From Zoogloea sp. (GTDB lineage Bacteria > Pseudomonadota > Gammaproteobacteria > Burkholderiales > Rhodocyclaceae), in contig JAFLDU010000005.1 of NCBI GenBank assembly GCA_017309145.1, positions 1 to 45,390 of the forward strand: a stretch of DNA of 45,390 nt, written 5' to 3'. The position numbers were made by a program, and so were the translations under genes. Shown here one piece after another: positions 19,286 to 28,811 of the stretch; positions within the stretch are counted from its first letter, which is position 1, and each line of letters opens with the position of its first letter. Under the pieces are notes generated by a model. That model saw nothing but the letters and a program-made list of their open reading frames with translations. It had not been told where the DNA came from and made no database searches.

Positions 19286-19519
19286 ATGAACGTGGTGCTG
19301 AACAACCCGGTTCTTTACGTGGTGGACTATCCGAGTGTCGATGCGGTCGAGGTCATCGACAAGCGTCTCGGCAAGGGGGTGCTTTTCCGCGACGAGGCTG
19401 CGCATCGCTTCCGTACCGAATTGCGGGAGATGGCCAACTCGGCGACGGAAATCGATGATTTTGGCGCCTGGCTCGACGCATATGGATCGCTGATGACCCA
19501 GCCCGCCGTGTATCACTGA
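19286..19519 (+). CDS. DUF3567 (BTH_I0359-like) small protein
   Basis: MNVVLNN..YVVDY...EVIDK...YGSLMTQPAVYH; RBS AGGAGG. Confidence 0.75.
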   Translation: MNVVLNNPVLYVVDYPSVDAVEVIDKRLGKGVLFRDEAAHRFRTELREMANSATEIDDFGAWLDAYGSLMTQPAVYH

Positions 19520-19603
19520 GCGCATGCCCAGGCTGCCCGGCTTGCCAGCATGGCCGTGGCAGTCCTACCATGCGCCTCCTTTTGGGTGATCCGGAGTTGT
19601 CAG

Positions 19604-20161
19604 TTGAACAAGGCATTCGTCAAGGAAAACGACCAGGACGAGGAAGAGGGGGCGTCGCCCGGTGCGCCGAGTCTTCCGCCGGGCACACGCAACTACATGA
19701 CCCGTCGGGGTTTCGAGACCCTGAAGGCTGAGCTCGACCAGTTGGTCAAGGATGAGCGCCCCCGTCTGGTCGAGACGGTGCGGTGGGCCGCGTCGAATGG
19801 CGACCGCTCCGAGAACGGTGACTACATCTATGGCAAGAAGCGCCTGCGCGAGATTGATCGCCGCATCCGCTTCTTGATCAAACGCCTGGAGAGCGCCACG
19901 GTGGTAACCCCTTCCGAGCAGGAGAACACCGAGCAGGTGTTCTTCGGCGCAACCGTGACGGTGATGTGCGAGGCCGAGGGGGGCGAGGAGCAGACTTACC
20001 AGATTGTCGGGGTGGATGAGGCCAATGCTTCCGAGGGGCGGATCAGCTGGATCGCGCCCCTGTCCCGAGCCCTGCTGAAGGCCCGCGAGGGAGATGTGGT
20101 GCGCTTCGCCAGTCCGGCAGGCATGCGCGAGATCGAGGTCGTCGAGATCCGCTACATCTAG
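19604..20161 (+). CDS. greB: Transcription elongation factor GreB
   Basis: NKAFVKE, WAASNGDRSENGDYIYGKKRLREIDRRIRFL, ISWIAPL; TTG start. Confidence 0.95.
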   Translation: MNKAFVKENDQDEEEGASPGAPSLPPGTRNYMTRRGFETLKAELDQLVKDERPRLVETVRWAASNGDRSENGDYIYGKKRLREIDRRIRFLIKRLESATVVTPSEQENTEQVFFGATVTVMCEAEGGEEQTYQIVGVDEANASEGRISWIAPLSRALLKAREGDVVRFASPAGMREIEVVEIRYI

Positions 20162-20199
20162 GTATCGGGGCCCGCAACCGGGTCATGCGATGCCGGGAT

Positions 20200-22023
20200 T
20201 CAGCCTTGCATCTTCTCCCGCGGCCGGCGTACCAGGGCCGGACTGCGCGGCAGGGTGAAGAACATTGTCGTGCCGGCTCCGGGCGATGACTCCGCCCATA
20301 CGGTGCCGCCATGGCGCTCGATGATGCGCCGCACGCTGGCCAGACCGATCCCCGAGCCCTCGAAGCCCTCCCGCTTGTGGAGTTGCTGGAAAGGCTGGAA
20401 CAGCTTGTTGGCGTGCTCCATGTCGAAGCCGATACCGTTGTCTGTCACGTAGAACAGCTTTTCCGCTCCATGGGGGCGCCCCCCTACGTGGATGATCGGC
20501 GGGTGACTGTCGCGGGTGAACTTCCACGCATTGCCCAGCAGGTTTTCCAGCGCGTTGCGGATCAGGGTCGGGTCGGCATCGGCCGTCAGGCCGGCTTCCA
20601 CGTGGGCCTGCACATGCCGCCCGGCACTCACCGCAGCCAGGTCGTCAAGGATGTCCCGGGCGATGGCGCTGACGTCGGTCGGCTCGACACGCAGGGTGTG
20701 GCGGGACACGCTGGCGAGCTTCTGCAGTTCGTCGATCAGCTCCCCCATCCGCAGGCTGGCCTTGCGCAGGCGGGAGAGGTATTCGCGGCCGGTCTCGTCG
20801 AGCTGCTGGCCATAGTCTTCTTCCAGTGCGTGGGAGAAGCCGTTGATGGCCCTGAGTGGGGCTCGCAGGTCGTGGGACACCGAATAGCTGAAATTCAGGA
20901 GCTCCCGGTTGGAGTGCTCCAGCTCCTCGGTACGTCGGTGCACCCGCTCCTCCAGCGAGGCGTTGAGCTCGGCCAGAACCTGGCGATCGGCGTCGCGCCG
21001 TCGGGTGTCCTGGTGCAGCAGCAAGGCCAGGGCGGCGAGCAGGGTCGTCATGACGCCCGCCGCGGTGATGATCCGTTCCCGGTGTGCGTGATAGTCCATC
21101 AGGGCATCGGCAACCGGCCGGCTGGTGCTGACGATCAGCGGTCGGTCCGCGAGCCTGCGATAGGCGGTGATCCGTTCGTCGGCGTCGCCGGGCAGGGGAG
21201 CCGTGACGATGCGGCTACGCTGCTGGTCATCCAGGTCGATGGCCGGAGAGTCGGCGACACTGCGTCCGATCAGCTCGTCTGCCGGTGGGTGATGGATCAA
21301 CAGGCTCGTCTTGTTGGCATGGAGGATCATGATCGTATCCTTCTGCGCCAGCTGGAGCTCCTTGTACACGCCTTCGAAATAGGGATGGCTGATCGCAGCC
21401 CCGACAGTGCCCAGGTATTTTCCCGACGTGTCGAAGATCTGGCGGGTCAGCGGGGTGACCCAGTGGCCCGACAGGGGGCTCTTCAGCGGGACGCCGATCT
21501 CCACGCCTTCACTGAGCTGATGGGGCATGGTTGGCTTGCCCAGGGCTCCCTGGTCGGGATCCACGCCTGACCGGTCGGTCGGGGAGGAGTCGGCCGCCAG
21601 GCTGCCGTCCTCACGCTCCACAAACAGGAACTCCGCTTCGGGTAACTTGGCGGCACGCTGGCGGAGCAGGGCGCGGATTTCTGCCTCGCCCAGATTCTCG
21701 ATCCCCTCTTGCTGGGAGATCCGTGCCGCAATCTCCGAGAGGGCGGCTTCGGTCTCACCGAAGCTGCGGGCCACGTGTTCTTCCAGCACGCGGGTCAGGC
21801 TCAGCAGCTCGGATTCGGCGCGCTGCAAGGCCTCCTCACGGTCATAGCGGATCAAGGACAGGGATACGAAGACGATGATGCTGACGAGCATCGCGAAGGC
21901 GGCCCATACGGCCACCCTCAGGCGACGCAGTGACGATGCGGCCTGGCGCGGACTGGGCTCGCCACTGTCGCCCGATGTGGGCGGCGACGCCGGGGGTGGA
22001 GCAGACAATCGGGAGCGTTCCAT
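20200..22023 (-). CDS. Sensor histidine kinase (Cache-like sensor, HisKA, HATPase_c)
   Basis: Two TM helices; H-box FSYSVSHDLRAPLR; NLLGNAWKF, DNGIGF, GSGIGLA. Confidence 0.92.
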   Translation of the reverse strand: MERSRLSAPPPASPPTSGDSGEPSPRQAASSLRRLRVAVWAAFAMLVSIIVFVSLSLIRYDREEALQRAESELLSLTRVLEEHVARSFGETEAALSEIAARISQQEGIENLGEAEIRALLRQRAAKLPEAEFLFVEREDGSLAADSSPTDRSGVDPDQGALGKPTMPHQLSEGVEIGVPLKSPLSGHWVTPLTRQIFDTSGKYLGTVGAAISHPYFEGVYKELQLAQKDTIMILHANKTSLLIHHPPADELIGRSVADSPAIDLDDQQRSRIVTAPLPGDADERITAYRRLADRPLIVSTSRPVADALMDYHAHRERIITAAGVMTTLLAALALLLHQDTRRRDADRQVLAELNASLEERVHRRTEELEHSNRELLNFSYSVSHDLRAPLRAINGFSHALEEDYGQQLDETGREYLSRLRKASLRMGELIDELQKLASVSRHTLRVEPTDVSAIARDILDDLAAVSAGRHVQAHVEAGLTADADPTLIRNALENLLGNAWKFTRDSHPPIIHVGGRPHGAEKLFYVTDNGIGFDMEHANKLFQPFQQLHKREGFEGSGIGLASVRRIIERHGGTVWAESSPGAGTTMFFTLPRSPALVRRPREKMQG

Positions 22024-22053
22024 CAGTTGGAAGCGGGCATTGACCTTTGGGGG

Positions 22054-22081
22054 CTTGAAAGTGGTGGGGACGGACCCATAT
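22054..22081 (+). promoter_or_regulatory. Sigma32 heat-shock promoter of htpG
   Basis: CTTGAAA-N14-CCCATAT. Confidence 0.8.
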
Positions 22082-22115
22082 GTGGGTCGTTAACGGTCCT
22101 CTTGGAGCAAGCTTT

Positions 22116-24038
22116 ATGACTGTCGAGAAAATGTCGTCCGCGCAAACCATGAACTTCCAGGCGGAAGTGAAGCAGTTGCTGCACCTCATGATCCACTCGC
22201 TGTATTCGAACCGGGAGATCTTCCTGCGCGAGCTGGTATCCAACGCTTCCGATGCCTGTGACAAGCTGCGTTTCGAAGCCCTGGAGAACGCCGGGCTGTT
22301 CGAGAACGACAGCGAGCTCAGGATCCGGGTGGAACTGGACAAGGCCCAGCGCACGCTGACGATTTCCGACAACGGCATCGGCATGAGCCGCGACGAGGTG
22401 GTGACCAATCTGGGTACCATCGCCAAGTCTGGCACCAAGGAGTTCTTCGGCAAGCTGACCGGCGACCAGAAGAAGGACGCCCACCTGATCGGCCAGTTCG
22501 GGGTCGGCTTCTATTCCGCCTTCATCGTCGCCGACAAGGTCATCGTGCGCACCCGTCGTGCCGGCCTGGCCGCCTCCGATGCCGTGCGCTGGGAATGCTC
22601 GATGACCGGCGACACCGCTGGCGAATACACCGTCGAGCCGATCGAGAAGGCCGACCGGGGCACTGAGATCACCCTGCACCTGCGCGAGGACCAGGACGAC
22701 CTGCTGTCCAGCTGGAAACTCCGCAGCATCATCCAAAAGTACTCCGACCACATCCTGCAGCCCATCGTGATGAAGAAGGAGAAGTGGGACGAGGAGAAGA
22801 AGGAGCAGGTGGTCACCGACGAGCTCGAGACGGTCAACAAGGCCAACGCCCTGTGGGCCCGCGCCAAGTCCGACATCAGCGACGAGGAATACACCGAGTT
22901 CTACAAGCACGTCGCCCACGACTACGAAGAGCCGCTGGCGTGGACCCACTCCAAGGTGGAAGGGCGCCACGAATACACCCAGCTCCTCTACGTGCCGGGC
23001 CATGCTCCCTTCGACCTGTGGGATCGCCAGGCCCGCCACGGGGTCAAGCTTTACGTGCGCCGCGTCTTCATCATGGACGACGCCGAGAAGCTGATGCCCC
23101 TGTACCTGCGTTTCGTGCGTGGGGTGGTGGACTCCAATGACCTCCCCCTCAACGTGTCCCGCGAGATCCTGCAGGAGTCCAAGGACATCGACACCCTGCG
23201 TGCCGGCTGCACCAAGAAGGTCCTGGGCCTGCTCGAGGATCTGGCCGAGAACAACAAGGAGAAGTACGCCACCTTCTGGAAGGAATTCGGCCAGGTCCTG
23301 AAGGAAGGCGTGGGCGAGGATCACTCCAACAAGGAAAAGATCGCCGGCCTGCTGCGCTTCGCCTCCACCCACGCCGATACCGCCGAGGAAATCGTCTCCT
23401 TGGCCGACTACATCGGGCGCATGAAGGAAGGCCAGGACAAGATCTACTTCGTCACCGCCGACACCTTCAATGCGGCCAAGAACAGCCCGCACCTCGAGAT
23501 CTTCCGCAAGAAGGGCATCGAGGTGCTGCTGTTGTCTAACCGCGTGGATGAATGGGTGGTGGGCCACCTCACCGAGTTCGACGGCAAGCAGCTGGCCTCC
23601 GTGGCGAAGGGCGGCCTTGACCTGGGGGCCCTCGAGGACGAAGCCGAGAAGGCTGCGGTCGAGAAGGAGACCGGTGAGCTGAAGGATCTGCTCGACAAGA
23701 TGAAGGCCAGCCTGGAGGGGCGTGTCAAGGAAGTGCGCGTCACCCATCGCCTGACCGACTCGCCCGCCTGCCTGGTGGCCGATGAGCACGACATGGGCAT
23801 GAACCTGGCCCGCCTGATGAAGGCCGCCGGGCAGAACGCACCCTTGTCCAAGCCCATCCTCGAGATCAACCCGACCCACCCGGTGGTGCTGCGCCTCAAG
23901 TATGAGGACGCGCAGTTTGCCGACTGGGCCGCGGTGCTGTTTGACCAGGCCCTGCTGGCCGAAGGCGGCACCTTGGACGATCCGGCGAGCTTCGTGAAGC
24001 GGATCAACCAGCTGATGCTGGCCATGAACGGCGCCTGA
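22116..24038 (+). CDS. htpG: Chaperone HtpG (Hsp90)
   Basis: [53 protein letters not shown]; the start could be 22116, 22131 or 22149. Confidence 0.97.
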   Translation: MTVEKMSSAQTMNFQAEVKQLLHLMIHSLYSNREIFLRELVSNASDACDKLRFEALENAGLFENDSELRIRVELDKAQRTLTISDNGIGMSRDEVVTNLGTIAKSGTKEFFGKLTGDQKKDAHLIGQFGVGFYSAFIVADKVIVRTRRAGLAASDAVRWECSMTGDTAGEYTVEPIEKADRGTEITLHLREDQDDLLSSWKLRSIIQKYSDHILQPIVMKKEKWDEEKKEQVVTDELETVNKANALWARAKSDISDEEYTEFYKHVAHDYEEPLAWTHSKVEGRHEYTQLLYVPGHAPFDLWDRQARHGVKLYVRRVFIMDDAEKLMPLYLRFVRGVVDSNDLPLNVSREILQESKDIDTLRAGCTKKVLGLLEDLAENNKEKYATFWKEFGQVLKEGVGEDHSNKEKIAGLLRFASTHADTAEEIVSLADYIGRMKEGQDKIYFVTADTFNAAKNSPHLEIFRKKGIEVLLLSNRVDEWVVGHLTEFDGKQLASVAKGGLDLGALEDEAEKAAVEKETGELKDLLDKMKASLEGRVKEVRVTHRLTDSPACLVADEHDMGMNLARLMKAAGQNAPLSKPILEINPTHPVVLRLKYEDAQFADWAAVLFDQALLAEGGTLDDPASFVKRINQLMLAMNGA

Positions 24039-24063
24039 TCACTGAAGGTCAGCTGAATCATGC

Positions 24064-24091
24064 AAAAGGGGCGCCATCCGGCGCCCCTTTT
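24064..24091. terminator. Bidirectional intrinsic terminator
   Basis: AAAAGGGGCGCC-atcc-GGCGCCCCTTTT between convergent genes. Confidence 0.85.
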
Positions 24092-24110
24092 GTCATTGCA
24101 GGCCAGGGGG

Positions 24111-24722
24111 TCAGCGCTGGTAGATCTGGTAAGGGTCCATCACCTTGGGCTGACGCAGGCCCCCGGTGGTCGGGTCGTACAGAGAGGCGCGCTTCTTGGG
24201 CATCATCGAGCTGGTGGCGGAGCGGTCCACGTAACCGTCCGAGGCCGCCTTCAGGGTGTTGGTCTGGCTGTTGAACGCGGACTTGGTCTTGTTCTTGCCG
24301 ACCGGCCGGCCGCTGGCCGCACTCGATGTGGTGCCCGGCAGGCGTGGCCGGATGGTGCTGGCCGAGTCATTGCAATTGCCATACACGTTGCCGCTGCGGC
24401 TGCGCAGGGCGCGCGTGTCATTGAACAGCTGAACCTTGCCGGACGGATCACGGCGGGTGGTGCCGTTACCCATCCCTTGCGAATTGCAGACTGTGCCGCT
24501 CGGCCCCTTGAGGTTTTCCGGGCGTACCCCGCCTTGCCCTGCCGGGTTGATGCCGCCGAAGGGCAGGGCGGCTCCCGGCCGCTGCTGAGCGCCAGGGCCG
24601 ATGGCCATGCCGCGGGGGTCGGTACCGCGTGGATCGTTGCCAAGCCCCAGCGCGGAGGCCTGATGACTCAGCAACAGCAGGCAGGACGACACGAGGGACA
24701 GCAGCGGACGTTGGAATTTCAA
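24111..24722 (-). CDS. Hypothetical secreted, basic, Gly/Pro/Ser-rich protein
   Basis: GGAG-N6-TTG start gives signal peptide MKFQRPLLSLVSSCLLLLSHQASA; ends just before the terminator. Confidence 0.65.
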   Translation of the reverse strand: MKFQRPLLSLVSSCLLLLSHQASALGLGNDPRGTDPRGMAIGPGAQQRPGAALPFGGINPAGQGGVRPENLKGPSGTVCNSQGMGNGTTRRDPSGKVQLFNDTRALRSRSGNVYGNCNDSASTIRPRLPGTTSSAASGRPVGKNKTKSAFNSQTNTLKAASDGYVDRSATSSMMPKKRASLYDPTTGGLRQPKVMDPYQIYQR

Positions 24723-24796
24723 CAGTGGCTCCAGGAGGGGATGTTCAGCGAGGTTTGCAAGATACCGCAAACAGGGGTGACTGACGACGTAATCCG

Positions 24797-24810
24797 TTGA
24801 CCACGATCAA
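24797..24810. promoter_or_regulatory. FNR/Dnr-type box
   Basis: TTGAC-cacg-ATCAA versus consensus TTGAT-N4-ATCAA. Confidence 0.55.
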
Positions 24811-24888
24811 GGACATTGGTTGTCATGTATTCGCCATTTCACGAGTCGGCTAAAGTAGCGGTCCGTTTTTCATTCCCGTGACACTCCC

Positions 24889-25659
24889 ATGGCTGTCGAA
24901 CTCTTCAATAATGGCACGCATGCCTGTCTGGCCTTCTACGATCTGGTGGACGAGGAGGCCGACCACGCGGTGCAATGCAACCAGTTCCTGATCGTCGATG
25001 GCGAGCACGGGGCCCTCATCGACCCGGGCGGCAACATGACCTACAACGGCCTGCTCATGTCGATGCAGCGCTTCTTTCCGTCGCGGGGGCTGGATTTCAT
25101 CTTTGCCACCCACGCCGACCCGGACATCATCGCATCCCTCAACAAGTGGATGGTCACGACCCATTGCAAGGTGATGATCTCGCGCCTGTGGACCCGCTTC
25201 ATCCCGCACTTCACCACGGGCAAGGACTACACCAGCCGCATCCTCGGGATTCCCGACGAGGGCATGAACATCGCCCTGGGCGACAGCAAGATCAAGGCCC
25301 TGCCGGCGCATTTCATGCACTCCGAAGGCAACTTCCAGTTCTATGACCCGGTGGCCAAGATCCTGTTCTCCGGCGACATGGGCGCCTCGCTGGTGAGCCA
25401 TGAGCAGGCGGCGATGCCGGTCAAGGATTTCGACGACCACGTCATCACCATGGCCGGCTTCCACCGCCGCTACATGATCTCCAACAAGATCTGCCGCTAC
25501 TGGGTAAACATGGTGCGCGAACTCGATGTGGAGATGATCGTGCCTCAGCACGGCTGCCGCTTCGAGGGCAAGGCCATGGTCAACCGCTTCCTCGACTGGA
25601 TCGAGAACCTGCAATGCGGCATCGACATCATGACCCAGGAGAATTACCGGGCGCCCTGA
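24889..25659 (+). CDS. MBL-fold, ODP/FprA-N-like di-iron protein
   Basis: NQFLI..ALIDPGG, THADPD, PAHFMHS.GN, LFSGD, IVPQHG; no flavodoxin domain. Confidence 0.8.
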   Translation: MAVELFNNGTHACLAFYDLVDEEADHAVQCNQFLIVDGEHGALIDPGGNMTYNGLLMSMQRFFPSRGLDFIFATHADPDIIASLNKWMVTTHCKVMISRLWTRFIPHFTTGKDYTSRILGIPDEGMNIALGDSKIKALPAHFMHSEGNFQFYDPVAKILFSGDMGASLVSHEQAAMPVKDFDDHVITMAGFHRRYMISNKICRYWVNMVRELDVEMIVPQHGCRFEGKAMVNRFLDWIENLQCGIDIMTQENYRAP

Positions 25660-25682
25660 TCGACGCCACGGTGGCCGGGCCG

Positions 25683-26861
25683 TCAGTGCTTGCGTGACAG
25701 GTGGGTGATGGCCCGGGTCAGGCCGTCGAGGGTCAGGGGGAACATGTGCTCCCCGACGATCTGGCGGATGATCCCGATGGACTGGCGGTAGTCCCAGGTC
25801 CGCTCCGGTTCTGGATTGAGCCATGCAGTGGCCGGGTAGGCGTCGATCAGGCGGCGCAGCCACACGGCACCGGCCTCGGTGTTGCTGTACTCGATCGAGC
25901 CGTTGGGCTGCAGGATCTCGTAGGGGCTCATGGTGGCATCACCCACGAAGATCAGCTTGTATTCCGGCCCGTACTTGTGGATCACGTCCAGGGTCGGGGT
26001 GCGTTCCGAATGGCGGCGGTGGCTGTCACGCCACACGTAGTCGTACACGCAATTGTGGAAATAGAAGTACTCCATGTGCTTGAACTCGGTGCGGCAGGCC
26101 GAGAAGAGTTCTTCGCAGACCTTCACGTGGTCGTCCATGGAGCCGCCCACATCGAAGAAGATCAGCACCTTCACCGCGTTGTGGCGCTCCGGCCGCATCA
26201 GCAGGTCCAGATAGCCCGCATTGCGGGCGGTGGCGCTGATGGTGCCGTCCAGGTCCAGTTCGTCGGGGGCACCCTGGCGGGCAAAGCGGCGCAGGCGGCG
26301 CAGTGCCACCTTGATGTTGCGGGTGCCCAGTTCCACTGAGTCGTCGAGGTTGCGGTACTCCCGCTGGTCCCATACCTTGACGGCCGTGCGGTTGCCGGCG
26401 GACTCGCCGCCGACCCGGATGCCTTCCGGATGGAAGCCGCTGTTCCCGAAGGGGGAGGTGCCGCCGGTGCCAACCCACTTGGAGCCACCCTGATGGCGCC
26501 CTTTCTGTTCCTGCAGGCGCTTCTTGAACTCCTCCATCAGCGTGTCCCAGCCCAGCTTCTCGAGCCTGGCCTTCTCTTCGGGGCTGAGGTGCTTCTGCAT
26601 CATCGCCTTCAGCCACGCTTCGGGCAGATCCACCTCGAGGCCTGGAATCGCCTCGATGCCCTTGAAGTACTCGCCGAAGGCCTGGTCGAAACGGTCGAAC
26701 TGGGATTCGTCCTTGACCAGGCTGGCCCGCGCCAGAAAGTAGAAATCTTCCATGCTGTGGCCGGCCAGGCCGGATTGCAGGGCCTCCAGCAGGGTCAGGA
26801 ACTCCTTGGTGGACACCGGCAGCTTGCGTGCTTTGAGGTGCAGAAAAAAGTCGATCAGCAT
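25683..26861 (-). CDS. vWA-domain protein (CoxE-like), MoxR partner
   Basis: DVGGSM MIDAS-like motif, YFHNC, FVGDA.MSPYE, WLNP. Confidence 0.85.
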   Translation of the reverse strand: MLIDFFLHLKARKLPVSTKEFLTLLEALQSGLAGHSMEDFYFLARASLVKDESQFDRFDQAFGEYFKGIEAIPGLEVDLPEAWLKAMMQKHLSPEEKARLEKLGWDTLMEEFKKRLQEQKGRHQGGSKWVGTGGTSPFGNSGFHPEGIRVGGESAGNRTAVKVWDQREYRNLDDSVELGTRNIKVALRRLRRFARQGAPDELDLDGTISATARNAGYLDLLMRPERHNAVKVLIFFDVGGSMDDHVKVCEELFSACRTEFKHMEYFYFHNCVYDYVWRDSHRRHSERTPTLDVIHKYGPEYKLIFVGDATMSPYEILQPNGSIEYSNTEAGAVWLRRLIDAYPATAWLNPEPERTWDYRQSIGIIRQIVGEHMFPLTLDGLTRAITHLSRKH

Positions 26862-26883
26862 GACTCTGTCCGGGAGGATGGAT

Positions 26884-26905
26884 GTAGGGGCGAATTCATT
26901 CGCCC
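26884..26905 (+). repeat. Single GTAG-type REP element
   Basis: GTAG + GGGCGAAT-tc-ATTCGCCC palindrome in the moxR-vWA intergenic space. Confidence 0.6.
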
Positions 26906-26926
26906 GCGGGCGTTGGCAGGGGCATT

Positions 26927-27769
26927 TCAGCGATTGCGCTGGGCCATGAAGACCAGGCGCTCGAAGAGGTGCATGTCCTGCTCGTTCTTCAGCAGGGCGC
27001 CGTGGAGCGGCGGGATGCTGGCCTTCTGGTCGGGGGAGCGCAGGGCCTCGACGGGGATCTCCTCGGCCACCAGCAGCTTGAGCCAGTCGATCAGCTCCGA
27101 CGTGGAGGGCTTCTTCTTCAGGCCAGGCACATCGCGCAGGCCGAAGAAGACCTCCAGGGCCTCCTTGAGCATGGCCTGCTTGATGCCCGGGAAGTGCACA
27201 TCCACGATCTTGTGCATGGTGTCCCGGTCGGGGAATTTGATGTAGTGGAAGAAGCAGCGGCGCAGGAAGGCGTCGGGCAGCTCCTTCTCGTTGTTGGAGG
27301 TGATGAAGACGATGGGGCGGTGCCTGGCCTTGACCAGCTCCCGCGTCTCATACACATAGAACTCCATGCGGTCGAGTTCGCGCAGCAGGTCATTGGGGAA
27401 CTCGATGTCGGCCTTGTCGATCTCGTCGATCAGCACCACGGTGGGCTGGTCGGCCTCGAAGGCCTGCCACAGCGGCCCTTTGACGATGTAGTGGGAGATG
27501 TCCTTGACCCGGTCGTCGCCGAGCTGGGAATCCCGCAGGCGCGACACCGCATCGTATTCATACAGGCCCTGCTGGGCCTTGGTGGTGGATTTGATGTGCC
27601 ACTGCAGCAGGGGCATGCCCAGGGCCGCGGCGACCTCTTCGGCCAGCATGGTCTTGCCGGTGCCGGGCTCGCCCTTGATCAGCAGGGGGCGCTGCAGGCG
27701 GATGGCGGCGTTCACCGCCAGCATCAGGTCGGGGGTGGCGACGTAGTTGTCGGAGCCTTCGAAACGCAT
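26927..27769 (-). CDS. MoxR-family AAA+ ATPase
   Basis: GEPGTGKT, LIDEIDKAD, ITSNNEKELPDAFLRRC. Confidence 0.92.
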   Translation of the reverse strand: MRFEGSDNYVATPDLMLAVNAAIRLQRPLLIKGEPGTGKTMLAEEVAAALGMPLLQWHIKSTTKAQQGLYEYDAVSRLRDSQLGDDRVKDISHYIVKGPLWQAFEADQPTVVLIDEIDKADIEFPNDLLRELDRMEFYVYETRELVKARHRPIVFITSNNEKELPDAFLRRCFFHYIKFPDRDTMHKIVDVHFPGIKQAMLKEALEVFFGLRDVPGLKKKPSTSELIDWLKLLVAEEIPVEALRSPDQKASIPPLHGALLKNEQDMHLFERLVFMAQRNR

Positions 27770-27799
27770 CGGGGAGTCCTCTGTGGGGGTTTCGTTCGA

Positions 27800-28720
27800 T
27801 TATAGCGAGGCGGATTGACGTTTACGGAAGTGGCGGGCCGCGCTACACACCGTATTGGTGTGGATCTCCACCGTATCGTCGATCTGCCGGGCGTAGCCGC
27901 CGGCCATCGCCAGGGCGATCGGCAGGCCGCGCTTCTGCACCTTGTCGAAGACCAGCTGGTCGCGTTCGGCCAGGCCCTGCTTGCTCAGCTTGAGGCGGCC
28001 CAGGCGGTCATCTTCATAGGGGTCGGCACCCGCCAGGTAGATCACCAGATCGGGGCGGCCCCGGGCGAACACCACCCCCAGGGCGGCCTGCAGGGCGGTC
28101 AGGTAGGTGTCGTCGCCGGTACCGTCGGGCAGCTCCACGTCCAGGTCGCTGGCCTCCTTGTCGAAAGGGTAGTTGCGGGCGCCGTGGATGCTGAAGGTGA
28201 AGCACTCCGGGCGATTGGCCAGGATGGAGGCCGTGCCGTTGCCCTGGTGCACGTCGCAGTCGATGATGGCGACCCGCTCCACGCGTCCCTCGGCGCGCAT
28301 CGCCAGCGCCGCGATGGCCGCATCGTTGAACACGCAGAAGCCTTCGCCGTGGTCGCGGAAGGCATGGTGGGTGCCGCCGGCCAGGTTGGCCGCGCAGCCA
28401 TCTTCGAGGGCCGCCCGGCAGGCCGCCAGGGTGGCGCCGGCAGAACGGCGCGAGCGCTCCACCATGGCCTCGGACCACGGAAAGCCGATGCGCCGGATCT
28501 CCTCCTTGTCCAGGCTGCCGCGCACCATGCGCTGCAGGTAGGCCGCGTCGTGGGCGCGCAGGATCTCGGTGTCGCTGGCGGCGGCGGGTACATGGAAGTC
28601 CTCCGCACAGAACAGCCCGGAGTCCATCAGGCGGGCCCGCAGGCGCGAGTACTTCTCCATCGGGAAGCGATGCCCCTCGGGCAGGGGCAACACGAAGTGG
28701 TCGGCGTAAAACAGTTTCAT
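27800..28720 (-). CDS. Histone deacetylase-family protein
   Basis: HRFPMEKY, GGTHHA, GFCVFND, DCDVHQGNGT, GADP..DD.LG, AGGY. Confidence 0.92.
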   Translation of the reverse strand: MKLFYADHFVLPLPEGHRFPMEKYSRLRARLMDSGLFCAEDFHVPAAASDTEILRAHDAAYLQRMVRGSLDKEEIRRIGFPWSEAMVERSRRSAGATLAACRAALEDGCAANLAGGTHHAFRDHGEGFCVFNDAAIAALAMRAEGRVERVAIIDCDVHQGNGTASILANRPECFTFSIHGARNYPFDKEASDLDVELPDGTGDDTYLTALQAALGVVFARGRPDLVIYLAGADPYEDDRLGRLKLSKQGLAERDQLVFDKVQKRGLPIALAMAGGYARQIDDTVEIHTNTVCSAARHFRKRQSASL

Positions 28721-28811
28721 GCGTAGTCCGGAGTCTGGTGCGATGGAGCCACACGCCCCGCCGCTGCTATCATTTCCCATCACGGCCATGGGCCGCTCAT
28801 CGGGACGCATC

